Positions 25,160 through 38,117 of a DNA stretch of 64,000 bases are shown here, one piece after another; positions within the stretch are counted from its first letter, which is position 1; each line of letters opens with the position of its first letter. The DNA lies in assembly GCF_963506605.1 (NCBI RefSeq), contig NC_083282.1, positions 68,758,001-68,822,000 of the forward strand. Direction: 5' to 3'. Below the pieces are notes generated by a model. The model had not been told where the DNA came from. It ran no database searches and worked only from the letters and a program-made list of their open reading frames with translations. The position numbers and the translations under genes were made by a program. This stretch comes from Zootoca vivipara (taxonomy: Eukaryota).

Positions 25160-25760
25160 AAAAGCGAGAGCCAATGAGAAAGTCAGGCATTGGCGAGTGG
25201 AACTGAACCAGCCCTTTCTCTCTCTGAGGAGCCAGTCGGAGCGCGCCGGGCTTCTCTCACGGCATGCTGGGAACTGTAGTCCCGCCTGTTTTTTTCTGCG
25301 TCTGCGTACGCCTCCGCCCTCCTCCTCCTCGCTCCCGGCTCCCGCCTTCTGCCTCGCACCCGTTCGCTTCTCCTTCTCCTTCCGCCTTTGTTGTGCGCGT
25401 GCGTCTTTCGCGCACCCGACTTTGGACAGAAGCCGCCTCAGGTTGGACTTGGACTGGCTGCCATCTTAGGCGAGGAGCCGTCGCCTTTCTGGCTGGTGAG
25501 GAGGAGCGTGCTGCGTGCTCTTCGGGCTGAGGAGCTGGGCCCGCGGGGGCGGGGTGGGGGGGGGGAAGAAGGCTTTTCTTTCTGGGCCTGCGGCGAGCCC
25601 GAGGCGGGGGGGGGTCCCCTCCCTTGACTAGGTAGGCAAGGCGGGGAGCTCAAGGTAGGCCTGTCTTGCTAAGGGTGGGCGGCGAGAAGGGGAAGGCTGG
25701 CAGCAAGTGCAGCAGCCTCGCTTAGGGGGAGGGAGGGGATGCGGTGGGTAGGGTCCTGCC
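25160..25760 (+). promoter_or_regulatory. ITCH: ITCH CpG-island promoter
   Basis: CpG/GC-rich island with CCAAT boxes (25171; reverse ~25189), ZNF143 motif GCATGCTGGGAACTGTAGTCC (25262-25282) and YY1-like GCCATCTT (25460-25467). It is the most promoter-like non-repeat CpG island upstream of the ITCH coding exons. Confidence 0.8.
25300..25495 (+). other. ITCH: Putative ITCH non-coding exon 1 (start approximate)
   Basis: Pyrimidine/GC-rich leader inside the island ending at a good donor, CTG|GTGAGG (GT at 25496-25497). The TSS cannot be fixed from sequence. Confidence 0.55.
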
Positions 25761-27338
25761 CTATATCCTTCGAACGGGAAGGGGATTGCGTTCTTCCCTC
25801 TCCCTCTCCCTCTCCCCCACCTCCAGCCCAGCCTGTGAGCTCAGTGCTTCCCCGCTTTACCTGTGGACTGAGAGGCATTCACAGCTTCAGACTGAGGGGT
25901 TTGGGGATGATGCGCGTGTGGGAGGGAGACTCCCCCCCCCCAATTAAGGCCAGGACTCTTCTCCCTTCCTCTCCTGCTGCTATGCCGTCGGTAGGCGTTT
26001 TCTTTCCCCCTTCACTGAAGTTGTTCGGAGGGATTGTGTACTCAAGATGGCTTAATTTTCTTCTCGGTCCTCTTTCGCAACCTTGTGTTGTCAGGATGAC
26101 AACGAGGCCCGGTGGGTGGGGTGGGATGGATGGAGGTGCCCCGAGGTGGGTTGCCCTTTGGTGTGGGACGCAAAGGGGCAACCCTATGTGTGACCCGAAG
26201 GTTCCCAGCCTCAGGGAAACACACCAATTCTGTTTGTGTAAGTACATGCTGTAGTTATGTATATCCTTTGAGGCTCTCCACACATCTTGACCCTTTTCAC
26301 CCATTCCAGTTTTGTTAGCATTTATCGGAATATTGTTTCCTGGATTGCTCTTATTCTCGTTGGCTTCTGTATGTCTCTGTCATCTAGCGGCCATATCCGG
26401 ATAGCACCAGTTGTTAAATACAGGGAATCCGCTCTCTTCTCTGCCACCTGCTACTTTTTAAGGAAGCCAAGCAGATCCTGCTGTTTAGGTTATTGGGTTT
26501 GGGTGGGTGGGTGGATGGAATGATGTTTTGGAACCCTTAGCTGTGAAAGTCTTGTACATTTCAAAAGGTGTACTGCAGCCCTGATCAACTGAGACTCTTG
26601 GCTTGTGTCCCTGTGTGGTTACAAACACAGCATCCCCTTGGCGCTTTAATGATGTTTGCCTTTGCAAATATACATGTTGCATCTATACCTGCGGCATAAA
26701 GGGTGGATTGGCTTTTGCTAGATGGCTTTGGGCTACCTTATGGGGTTATTGTGAGGCTAAAGTGCTACTCTTAAGTTTAGAACAGGCAAGACATAAATAC
26801 AATGAAATGCAGTACATAATTGATAAGGAAAGTCATTAATCTAAAGTTGAGGATTGTTAGCAACTGTTGTGTCTGTTGTTCCAGTTAAAAAGGCTGAGCT
26901 GCTTTTAAATTCAGAGCAGTTTGTGAGTATTAAATACTGAACGGCAGAGCCTTCATCTTACGGGATTTGGAATGGGTGGAGATGGTGCTAAACATTTTAT
27001 AAATTATTTCAAATGTTAATGGGAAGGTTTTGAAAGCTTTATACTACCAGTAATAACAGTCTCATTGCAGCAAATGTGTGGGAAGAGTTCCTTGGATGCA
27101 TATTACACTGTAAGAAACAGCAGCAGGAGGGGAATTGCTATATGGAAATAAAGCCTTTCTAATGGTTACTCTGATGTTAGCCCCACTGATTCCAGTGTTT
27201 CATGTAACTGTTCATAAGTTTTCAGCCATTCAGCAAGATTCTGTGCAGAATTCGTTTCACCTTCCGTAAGTCTCTTGAAATCAGGTGACTTGTTAGGCTC
27301 TCCAGTGATTAATTGAACGGGAAGGTTGCAGTCCTGTA

Positions 27339-27592
27339 CAGTGGTACCTCTGGATGCGAATGGGATCCATTCCGGAGCCCCCTTCGCATCCAGAGCAGTA
27401 CGCAACCCGCATCTGTGCACGTGCAGGTTGCCATTTGGCGCTTCTGCGCATGCACATGACAGTCATTCGACGCTTCTGCGCATGTGCGAACTGCTGAACC
27501 CAGAAGTAACACGTTCCGTTACGTCCGGGTTTGGCGCATTTGTAACACGTGTTGTACGCAACCCGCAGCATTTGTATCCAGAGGTATGACTG
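27339..27592. mobile_element. Tigger/pogo-type MITE
   Basis: TA|CAGTGGTACCTCTGGATGC ... GTATCCAGAGGTATGACTG|TA; CpG-rich interior. Confidence 0.85.
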
Positions 27593-30500
27593 TACATACA
27601 TACTTGGGAATTGGCCCTATTGACCACAACAGATTTATTTACAACCTGTTTTGTTCTTTTCCTATTACCCTTTACTCAGTAATTTTGTAGTTGTGCTTGA
27701 AAGATTGCCTCACTCTCTAGGGACCTTGAGCTACAAGTTGGACAAGAAATGTTAAAAGATGACTACAACAGAATATTGAGACACATTTGCTTGTAAACAC
27801 TTGAAATAAAGTTACAAATGTTTGAGAAACAGTACTAAAAGAGGGGAATATGTCTTAAAACAGAAATTGCTGTAGTCAGTAGGACTTACTGTATCACTGG
27901 TATAAGTCTCTAAACCAACTGCACTTGCATCCTGATCCTGTACATGCTTACTAAGAAATTGGTCCCATTAAGGGTGACTTGTTTCTTTCTTTTGTATGCT
28001 TACAAGACATGTTTGGGGCCTTACTTTCAGATGCGCTTGCACTGTAAGTTGTCCTGAGTTAGGTGGCTTTTACTCCTCAGTAAATTGCAAACTTTATATT
28101 GCAGCACTGCAAAATATTTTAAATACATATGAAGTCTGACAAAAGCTTGTGAATTATTATTGAATAATATACTGTACATTTAAAAATGAATTTAAATTGT
28201 GGACAATTCGTTTAAAAAGAAAGTTCTACTCATAAAGCCTAGCTTAGTATTTCATTCTGCAGTATTAAGTTTAGCACTTTTTGTTATTACAAAGCATATG
28301 AATGATAAATTGATATTAATGTAAAAATAGCACCATAAAGCCTGAATTTGGAAGCTGAAAACAGACATGGTTTTGTAGGTCTCACCAAAAATTATTTGTG
28401 TTCCGATTCATTTGGCAGCTAACAGGCAAATATTTATAATGGATGAATGCCAATAACGCACAATGATGCTGTTGCCAAAACAAAGTTGTTTTGTAAAAGA
28501 GGCCATTGAAATTGTGAACTAAATAATCTTGTATGTATTGCATATTGGGTGTACACAAATGTCTTGTTCACACATTGCATTAGACCACAGTTTAAAGTGT
28601 TTAAAGTGTTTTGATTACGGTGCACACTGCTCAAAAGTTCCTGTGCCTGACAGACAGGCCGTGATGGCAATGGTAATAACAATGGTATTGAGGCATACTG
28701 CCTCTGAAACTGGAGGTTCTGTTAGCTGTCATGGCTAATAGCTTTTGATAGACATAATTATCCATTGATTTTGGAGACTTATCCTCCATGATGATCTAAT
28801 TCTTCTGTAATGAATGGTTTTTAAGCCATTGGAACCAATGACCATTGCTTTACTTCGTGGTTTTCACTTTGTGGAAATAGGCTACATAGAATAGATAAGG
28901 TGATGGTCTTTGTTGGATCAGTATCTATTGGTATAGGAGCAAAACATTCTTTGGAATTCTGCATAGGGCAGATCTAAGGAATGCTGTTTGGGAAAACTAT
29001 GTTGATACGTAACAAGGTGTCCTCAAATACATTTGTTAGGATGCTTGAAAACTTTTTGTTTTTTAAAAAATATGGTACATTCAGAAACAGATAAGAGAAG
29101 GTGACTTATTTTTAAAAGGCATAAAATCTCCCCCACTTCATAGATAGTAGATTACTTTGTTCAGTGGTATTTGGCACTGATTCTGAAACTGCCAGGCGAT
29201 GCTACGTATAATGATAGACTTTGTCACTAGGAACTTGTCCAATGCAACCAGATAATTCCCAAGCTTGTTGTCCTTATGCTCATTATGGACATACAGATGG
29301 TGAAATTGGTTTGTAATTATGAGAGATTTGCTGTACAGTACCTGTTTGTGCTTACATCAAATATGAAAAGCATTTATATAAAGGAACAGGAGCAGTTGTT
29401 TGAATGTTTCCACTGATCTTTATTGCAATGTCAATGTTTCTTTAAATATAAATGTTAATAAATAAACTCTTCCAGGCTACAGGCTCATTGTGAGCACAGG
29501 TTTAAACTTGAATACCTTTTGCATTTAGGTATTGTGGTTTAGGGTCTGTTGGTTGCTATATCAGAAAAAGTATATGCAAACTCAAAGGCCAGATGAAACA
29601 GGTTTATGAAACTATTTCCAGAAAAGTATTTCTGTCTAACCTGTTAATTCTGTCCTATAGTACATTGTTTTCAAAACTTGTCTGACTTCTCTTGTCTTCT
29701 GAGGCGCAGTTTAAGAAAATAACATTAGAATTGTAACTTTATCCTCGAAAACTTTGTTTTTAGGATGTGTAAATAGCATCTGCCTCAAAGGACTCTATCC
29801 TCTAGCAATCTGTGTGAACCACTATATTCTAGATGTACATATTGATTAAAAGAGGCTAGCGCCAGAGCAACAACAACTAATGCAGAGATGCAGCATGGAC
29901 ATTCCCTGAGGGCATATACTGTAATTCCCACTGCATTGGGAGTCACTGGATAATCCAGTTGCAGATTACAGAGAAGTGGCAGAATTACTTGACCCCAGTG
30001 GAAGCTGTTTTGAAGGAGGCAAGGCCAAAGCATGCAAAGAGGCACAGGTTGGTTGCCTTTATGGTTGGGCACTTCAGATTCTTGGTCTTCAGCTGCTTAA
30101 TTTATATCCCATGATAAAGTAGCAGATTCATACATTTTCAGCTGTATGGCAAGGTCCCCCCCCCCCCGATGTTTGAATAGGGATGACAGCATCACAGTTG
30201 GAAGCAAAACTTGAGAACATCAGAGAAAAGTACTCTTGCAAGAGAAAATATTAACAGGATAGATTTCTGATGAATTCAGTTATTAGGAATTCTGGGTGTT
30301 TGGACAAGGCTGAGAAAAATATTATAAACTTTAAGCTCATACACCTATTTTTATTATGAGTAGCATCCACCAAGCCATATGTGGAATAGATCTGTTGAAA
30401 TTGATGGATTTCAATTAGTCACAACTTAAGTCCATTTAATTCCATGGCTCTATGAGTATGGCTTGAATGGAGGTTTGTAGGGAAAAAAATAGATGAAATA

Positions 30501-31649
30501 AGTGGGCCAACCCCTTCCCCAACTGTCCCGTGAATACTGACCATACTTTGGACATGTAATTCTGACTACTGTGGGGAAATAATGGAAAGATGATGGGAGG
30601 AGGAATAGAATGGAGTTCATTTTATTATTTTATTTTATTACATTCATACCACTTTTATCTTCAGTGCGTGTGTCCATGTTGAATCCTGTTGAAATCCCAG
30701 GTACAGCACAGGGTTCCACCTGTAAATATTAGTTCATAGAATGGAGTCTTGGTAAAGAATTTGGTCTGCAGTTGTTCACAAATTGCATATTTCTTGTGGG
30801 ATATGCATGCAAGTAAAACTAATTAGAATAAGTTATTCTGTCCTCTTCACTTTGAATTATAATAACCTCAAGTTACTCCGGAGTACAGTAAAAACTTGTT
30901 TTCCTATATTTTGGCTGCAATTGAATTTTTAAACCAAGGTTACATAATGCTTATTACGATCATGAGCAAAAATGCAGTTATACCTGTGCAGTTGGATTTT
31001 CCAGTAGTGTTCAGTGTACAAAATAAATGTTATCTTTGTAAAAATATATCAATTTTTAGAAAACAAGATAGCAGCAACCAACCTATGTAATATATTACAG
31101 TATTTGTTACAAAGAGCTCAGAGCAGCATATATGTTTCCAAGACTATTTGTCATGGAGGCAATGCTTGGAACTAATCTAATTGACATAGAAAAGAGCACT
31201 ATTGATGGCTACTAACCATGATGACTATGCTCTGTTTCCACAGTTGGAAGTAGTAATGGTTCTGAATGCCAGTTACTGGAAGCCATAGGCTCCTCTGCCC
31301 TAATACTGCTTATGGGTTTCCCACAGGCATCTGGTAGGCCACTGTGATGCTGTACTAGATGGGCCATTGGCCTGATCCAACAGGCTCTTCCTATGTTCTG
31401 ATAGCAATGACAGTGGTGGTGTAACCAATGTGGTGCCCAGCAGATGTTTTTGTCTAAACTTTTATTATCATTGGCCATACTGTGTAGGACGTACAGCAGC
31501 CGGGAGTCCAACAATGTCTAAAGGGGACTGACTATGTTAGCTATATGCTAGCTCTATGTTATAGCTTCACTGCGTTTTTAAAAAATTGTTTCTATTCTAT
31601 TCACTGAACTTCTTGAAACTTAGCACTGAAGGGGTTGTTTCTGTATTCA

Positions 31650-32044
31650 TAGGTTTGAGGTCTTTTTCTCAACTGTTCATGTTATAACATTTTTGCTGTG
31701 AAGAAGAGGCATGTGATCTCTGTTGAGTCAAATTCAGTTTTGAGAACTGCAAAAGTAAACCAAGCATCTGTGATAATATCTTGTAGGCAGAGAAACTGCC
31801 CAATAATCTTACAAAAACCTCTGGAAGAGCATGACATTGTGAATGGACTAATGGAATTTATTTACCCAAAAAATTAAACATATACAACCTTATTCTACAT
31901 ATTTAAAACACTAATCTTTATTTCATGATGGAATAACCTTTGGGTGGTAATATATTTTCCTCAAAAAGCATTTTATTTAAAAAAATCCGATTTAAATAAA
32001 AAAATCAATTTAAATAAAAAAATCATTGATTTTTATCCACCCTG
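31650..32044. mobile_element. One end of an AT-rich hAT-like DNA element (left boundary uncertain)
   Basis: Terminal GATTTTTATCCACCCTG preceded by tandem ATTTAAATAAAAAAATC subterminal repeats. Confidence 0.45.
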
Positions 32045-32084
32045 CCTATGTGACACCTCCTCCTCACATTTTGCCTAATGGGGA

Positions 32085-32262
32085 AGGATCATAGGTTGGT
32101 GTACATCTGCTTTGCACGTTGAAGATCCCAGGTTCAATCTCTGGTATCTCCAGGTAGGATAAGAAATACCTTCTGTCTGAACCCCTAGGAACACTGTCTG
32201 TCAGAGTAGACAACACTGTATTAGATAAACCAATGGCTTCTTGACCCAATATAAGGCAGTTT
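32085..32262 (+). mobile_element. tRNA-derived squamate SINE (same family as 1125-1612)
   Basis: B box GGTTCAATC; shared body. Confidence 0.6.
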
Positions 32263-32879
32263 TATATACTAGCCTTGCCTGGTAGCATCCCAGTAGACAT
32301 AAATGTCCTTCCCAGTCCTCCAACCATGTAAAAAATCAAAACCCAAAATAGATGGCCTTGTGTCAGCCTGGCAGAGCAGGGCTCCCTCATATTCCTGGGA
32401 ACCTAGTGAGCAGAGAGTTGGGTCTGCCGACCCTGAGACCATTCCTTATGATCCCATCCTAAGGCCCACTGAAGCCCTGTCCTACTATGCTCTAGAAGAG
32501 GAATTCTCTTACCACTCCCTAGCAACAAGGACACATGGCAAAACGTGGCAATGCCAAAGCCTTGACTCACAGGCAGTTTTGATTTCACTGCGGGGCCCAC
32601 AGGACCTGGATGTTGGGTCCTTGGGTTAGGGCTAAGGCAGCAGTTTCTTCTGCCCAATTTCTACCCCCCCCCCCCCGTACTCAGTGTTATCTGGCCTGTG
32701 ACAGGATCCTCAGTGGACTAGGTTTTGGGATGGGGAGATTTTTTTGCTTGCTTTTTTCTACTTCTGCAAACATTGCGTTTCTCTCAAGTATGCTAATACT
32801 TCCTGTTCCAGTTATGGAACTGGATGTCAGTGGCGAAGTTTAGGAATATAGGGTAGCAATTGTTAATATTTATTCTTTC

Positions 32880-33330
32880 GTTAATATTGATTAAATTTCC
32901 ATATTGCCCTTCATCTGAGGAATAGACGGTGGTTTACATTACAATATAAAAATACTGTACAAAAAATACATACAATAGTAACAAACAAAAACAATGCCCA
33001 CCAGCTAAAAAGGCTATAGATTGTTTCATTAAGCAAAGTCCTGGGAGGAAAGGAATGTTTTTGCCTAAAGATATGTAACGAAGGTGCCAGGCAAACCTCC
33101 CTGAGGATAGCATTCCTCATTCATGGAGCCACTGCAGAAAAGGCCTGTTCTCATGTTGCCGCCTTCCAAAGCTCTGACAGGGGAGGCACATGAAGAAGGG
33201 CCTCTGATGATTATTGCAGGATCCAGGTTGTTTCATATTGGGAGAGGCAGTCCTTGAGCTATTGCAGTACTGAGCCATTTAAGGCTTTATAGATCGAAAC
33301 CAGCACTTTGAATTGGACCAGGAAACTAAC
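32880..33330 (-). mobile_element. L2 LINE 3' fragment
   Basis: Reverse of a YKALNG..PxYL..RAFS..APxLxNA..FRxxxK-type C-terminus, followed by the 3'UTR. Confidence 0.65.
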
Positions 33331-33433
33331 TATTTAATAATAAAATTCTAATTATTCTGGTGGAATGATCCTAATTTTTAGAGTAGTTCTGATTCCTGCC
33401 AGTAACAAACATGTATGCTAGAGGCACTGTCAG

Positions 33434-33690
33434 GAAGGAGAAGAAGAAGGGGAGTTTGGATTTGATATCCCGCTTTATCACTACCCGAAGGAGTCTCAAA
33501 GCGGCTAACATTATCCTTTCCCTTCCTCTTCCACAACAAACACTCTGTGAGGTGAGTGGGGCTGAGAGACTTCAAAGAAGTGTGACTATCCCAAGGCCAC
33601 CCAGCAGCTGCATGTGGAGGAGCGGAGACGCGAACCCGGTTCACCAGATTACGAGTCTACCCCTCTTAACCACTACACCACACTGGCTTC
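33434..33690 (-). mobile_element. Squam3-like CORE/tRNA SINE
   Basis: Minus strand AGCCAGTGTGGTGTAGTGGTTAAGAG (A box), GGTTCGCGTC (B-box-like), CORE-like GTGGCCTTGGG and a (CTT)n tail. Confidence 0.8.
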
Positions 33691-36315
33691 CCCCTGCCCT
33701 TATCTAGCAATCACAGCCTCAAATATCACTTAGGAAGCAAAGGGTATTTCAGAAATTTGCCTTCTTATGGCTCTTCACACATCAGTTGTACAAAGTTTGC
33801 TTTGCCCTTGGTCCCTTTGTGGTGATTGTTTATCTCTTACTAGAATTTTACTGAACATTCAGTTACATCACGGCACCTCATGCAATTGTAGACAATTGAA
33901 ATTTCTATGATACCAAACCCTTGGTCAGTAGTAAGGGCTTGTAAATTAAATTAGTAAAAGATAAAGATAAATAAATTAGTAGGTATCTTCTAGCTAATCA
34001 GTTGTTGTGCTTTGAGAACAAGACACAGCAAGCCATAGGCTCTCATTCCCTCCTCCTCCTCAAGTTGGATTGTTCAGACCATAGTTAATCCACAGTTTGT
34101 CTGGGATCAGACATTACAACATGTAAAGGTCATGCTTTAATGTGACACCTATTGTTATTACCATCATAGGTACCTTGAAACTGCATCCATTCAAGGTATT
34201 TCCTACTTCAAGTATATGTGCTAAATATATTTTATACTGAGTAAAATTGACACACGCCTGCAGTTCATTCCCCACCTTCTGACATTCAATATAAAATGAA
34301 ACAGGATATTAAGAGTAGAAGACACTTTAGTGCCAAGTAGTCTTTACTTCTACCTTTAAAGAAGGCACTTGCTGCATCTTCTGTTTTATATAGTGCATTT
34401 AAAAATAGACAAGTGTGACAGCGTTTAATCTGTTTGCTACTCACCTATTTCTTTGGCTAGAAAACGTTTGTTCAATTTAAACTTAATCTCCCAGTTTAAG
34501 CTTGTTAATTAGTTTTCCATGACGATTGCTTGTAGGGGAGATAAACTCATAAGCCTGCTTATTTACAGTATTTTGCCCATTTGCAACATTTTTTAAAATA
34601 AATACCTTTCAACTAAAAATAATCAGTTCCTTCAATCTTTGACATCTTTTTTTTATTCCTTACAATTCCTCATGTCAAGTGAGGATGCTGAAATTTGGTG
34701 AACAGATGTGGCTAAAGCTTTCAGAATGGCCATATTATAGATGAAGTTAATAAATTCAACAATCAACTCAAAATGAGTTATTTGCAACACTATTTACTAA
34801 CCTTAATCCCCCTTCAGTATGGCAGCCAGTTTGGGTACCCCAGTCCATTTTATTTCCACCTTTCCCTAGTCTCCATCCCCCAAACAGTAAACCAGCACTG
34901 TATGGCCACTCTGCCTTCATTGGCCTATTTTGGGTCCCCACCTCCAATGCTAGTGATACCTCCCTTGTCTGTGTGGTTAGTGCTGTTTTGGCTACTTAAA
35001 TACTGGCACTTAGAGATTGAGCTTTCCATTACTTGTATCGGTTGATGGTGATGTTTCAGGGCTCACTACTGTTGTGATTCCTAAACCTATCAATTGCAGT
35101 TGCGAAAGCTCTTAAAGATTCAAAATCTGCAGACTTGCATAATAGTAAGCATCAGAAACTTCTCCTTACCTAATGTTTTAGGGTTATTGGATGTTTATAT
35201 GAAGCACTTCCTTTTTTAACTGTTTCAGATGACTAATCTCCTACCATGATGATCATGTGGTATAAGTCATGGGCAAAGGAGGTCCCGATTAGTCAAATTA
35301 CTGGGGCCCATGCACTTCAGAGGAACATTTTTTTTTAACCAAGTGAAATGTGATGCCCTTGAACTGGTTCAGACAATTTTGCCACCAATGGGTTATGTTA
35401 AATGGAAAATCTAAATACTGTAGAGATCAATGCACAGCATAAAACTCAGCATCTGAATTCACCATTAGGTTAATAGTAACAAATAGTAACTTTCTGTGTC
35501 TGTTGTATTCCTTTCTGTTAAACATTCACACAGGTGGTGCTGTCAGACAATACAGTATACGGTAGCTAGAACATTAACCTATGGTTCATTTTGACAAGTT
35601 GAAAGTAACTTCTAATTGTCTCTGTCTTTTCAGAGATAATCAAACAGGTTGCGTGTCTCTACTAAATAGGAATTACTTCATGTGACTAAAATAAACCCAG
35701 AGGCTTTCCTCTTAACCATAGGGACAAATAAAGCTAGGTTGTGAAAATGCTTTTTTAACCCTCACAGAGTTTTCTTAAAGTAGGCAAATTAGAGCTGTGC
35801 ATCCCAAGATAGGCTGGTTATATTCCTGGCCTCCAGAAGTTTGATTCTTCTCCAGACATGGAGTTCCGTGCTCCCTAAAACAAACCCCCACTTTTCTCAT
35901 ATGTGCATACAGCAAGCTAACTATTTGCAATAGTAATTATAGTAGGAAGAAATTAATATTAATCATGCTTAGCATTTATATAGTGCTTAAAGCAATTACC
36001 CTATGTTTTGTTGTTGTAATTCACATAGCAATCCTATAATGTTGCACAGTATTATTTTTATCTCATCATTTATTTTTGTTTTGTATCTCACCTTTTATAC
36101 AAGGAACTCAAGGTGGCCTACATACAGTGAGGGGGAGAAAGTATTTGATCCCCTGCTAAATTTGCCTGTTTGCTCTCTGACAAAGAAATGACCAGTCCAT
36201 AATTGTAATGGTAGGATTATTGTGGCTGTGAGAGACAGAATAACAGCAGAAAAAATCCCAGAAACCCAGAAGACAAAAGTCAGAGATTGATGTGCATTAT
36301 AATGAGTGAAATAAT

Positions 36316-36790
36316 AATACAGTAATAGTAGTAGTAGTAGTAGTAATAATAATAATAATAATAATATTTATACCCCACTCTTCCCGGCTCAGAAACTGGG
36401 CTCAGGGCAGCTAACAACAAATATAAAACATTGATTAAAAACGACTTTAAACCAACTTAAAAACAGCATAAAATACAACATCAATATAGCATCGCCAGGA
36501 CTAACTGGCCAAGTTACTACTGCTATGGCCAGAGGAGACAAGGGAAGAGTTTTTAATGTGGGGTCCCAGAAGGGTTTCTTCATAAAAAGGGAAGGAAAAA
36601 AGGAATAGGGAATCAGGCTAAATTGAAGTCCAGGTGGAATAACTCTGTTTTACAGGCCCTGCGGAAGGAGATTAAGTCCCGCAGGGCTCTAGTCTCATGG
36701 GAAAAGGCCCTGGCCCTTTTGGAGGATAATCTGGCTTCTTTAAGGCCTGGGACCCTTAAGATGTTATTCTTCGTGGACCTTAAGGTCCAC
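36316..36790 (-). mobile_element. L2 LINE 3' fragment with (TAA/TAG)n tail at the inner TIR boundary of Tc1 copy 2
   Basis: Minus frame TLRS...LRVPGLKEARLSSKRARAFS...FRRACKTELF; microsatellite tail at 36312-36367. Confidence 0.75.
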
Positions 36791-37687
36791 GAATTTGATT
36801 GCTTTGCAAAAGATGACTTAGTACTTGGTGGCAAAACCCTTGGTGGCAATTACAGAGGTCAGACGTTTCTTGTAGGTGGCCACCAGTTTTGCACACATCT
36901 CAGGAGGTATTTTGTCCCACTCCTCTTTGCAGATCCTCTCCAAGTCAGTAAGATTTTGAGGCAGATGTGTAACTACTCGAACCTTCAGCTCCCTCCACAG
37001 ATTTTCGATGGGATTAAGGTCTGGAGACTGGCTAGGCCACTCCAGGACCTTAATGTGCATCTTCTTGAGCCACTCCTTTGTTGCCTTGGCCGTGTGTTTT
37101 GGGTCATTGTCATGCTGGAATACCCATCCTCCACCCATTTTCAATGCCCTGTTTCTTCCATTTGTGTTTCTTCCATTTGCGAATTATTGCACCAACTGTT
37201 GTCATCTTCTCACCAAGCTACTTGGCAATAGTCTTGTAGCCCAGTCCAGCCTTGTGGAGGTCTACAGTCTTGTCCCTGACATCCTTGGATAGCTCTTTGG
37301 TCTTGGTCGTGGTGGCTACTTTGGAATCTGCTGGATTGATTGCTTCTGTCGACAGGTGTCTTTTGTACAGGTAGTGTAATGAGCTGGGATTACAGGTAAA
37401 ACTCTCCCTTACATCAGGTGCTTTTAATCTCAGCTTGTTACATACAGTGAAGATACCAGGTAACCTGACACCGGGCTGGTTGATGGGGGATCAAATACTT
37501 ATTCCACTCATTATAATGCACATCAATCTCTGACTTTTGTCTTCTGAGTTTCTGGGGTTTTCCCTGTGGTTATTCTGTCTCTCACAGCTACAATAAACCT
37601 ACTATTAAAATTATGGACTGATCATTTCTTTGTCAGAGAGCAAACAGGCAAGTGGGCAAACAGGCAAATTTAGCAGGATATCAAATA

Positions 37688-37870
37688 CCCGTATATTCCG
37701 GTGTATAAAACGACTGGGCATATAAAACGACCCCCAACTTTTCCAGTTAAAATATAGAGTTTGGGATATACTCACTGTATAAGAAATATGACCCAGCGTA
37801 TAAGATGACCCCCGACTTTTGAGAAGATTTTCCCATTTTAAAAAGTAGTCTTATATGCAGGAATATACAG
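37688..37870. mobile_element. TA-targeting Tc1/pogo-type MITE inside the TIR of Tc1 copy 2
   Basis: TA|CCCGTATATTCCGG ... CAGGAATATACAG|TA; it splits the host TIR at AAATA|CTTTT. Confidence 0.75.
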
Positions 37871-38117
37871 TACTTTTTTCCTTCACTGTACTTCTCCCCA
37901 TCTCCATATTATCCTCCTGTAAGTTATGTTTGACTGAAAGATGGTGACTGGCCCAAGGTCATCCATGTTGCACATGGGGAACTAAAGGTGAGAATGCCTC
38001 CACCTAGTATGTTCCTAGTAGAGGTAAGACCAGGAACTTGCTGAATATGTAAGTTGAATCTGATAGTCATATTCAGCAGTGCCACATGGAGTCCTGGTTC
38101 CTCTTAATCATGTATAT

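Larger units (their letters stand above)
36125..37888 (-). mobile_element. Tc1-like IR/DR DD34E transposon, copy 2 (internally deleted, nested insertions) in the ITCH 5' intron region
   Basis: TA|CAGTGAGGGGGAGAAAGTATTTGATCCCC ... CTTCACTG|TA, the same TIR family as copy 1. The C-terminal ORF 36818..37144 retains QHDND-x-NPIE with D-34-E spacing. The middle of the transposase is deleted near 37150. Confidence 0.93.

Noticed and set aside
25197-26318. Overlapping ORFs (up to 171 aa) in the ITCH CpG island
   Set aside because: Stop-codon scarcity in GC-rich DNA; low complexity and no recognisable domain. The same applies to the ORF clusters at 3264-3790, 9241-9982, 13191-14446 and 16215-16682.
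31690-31760. Candidate ITCH 5'UTR exon 2
   Set aside because: Splice signals are weak and the stretch appears to belong to the hAT-like element ending at 32044.
32361-32703. Gypsy solo LTR (TGTCA...TGACA ends)
   Set aside because: No target-site duplication or PBS/PPT is visible. It is plausible but not supportable.
29764-35650. Other candidate non-coding ITCH exons (acceptor-like sites near 29763, 35228 and 35633)
   Set aside because: Acceptor-like sequences alone are insufficient and matching strong donors are unclear. RNA-seq is needed.
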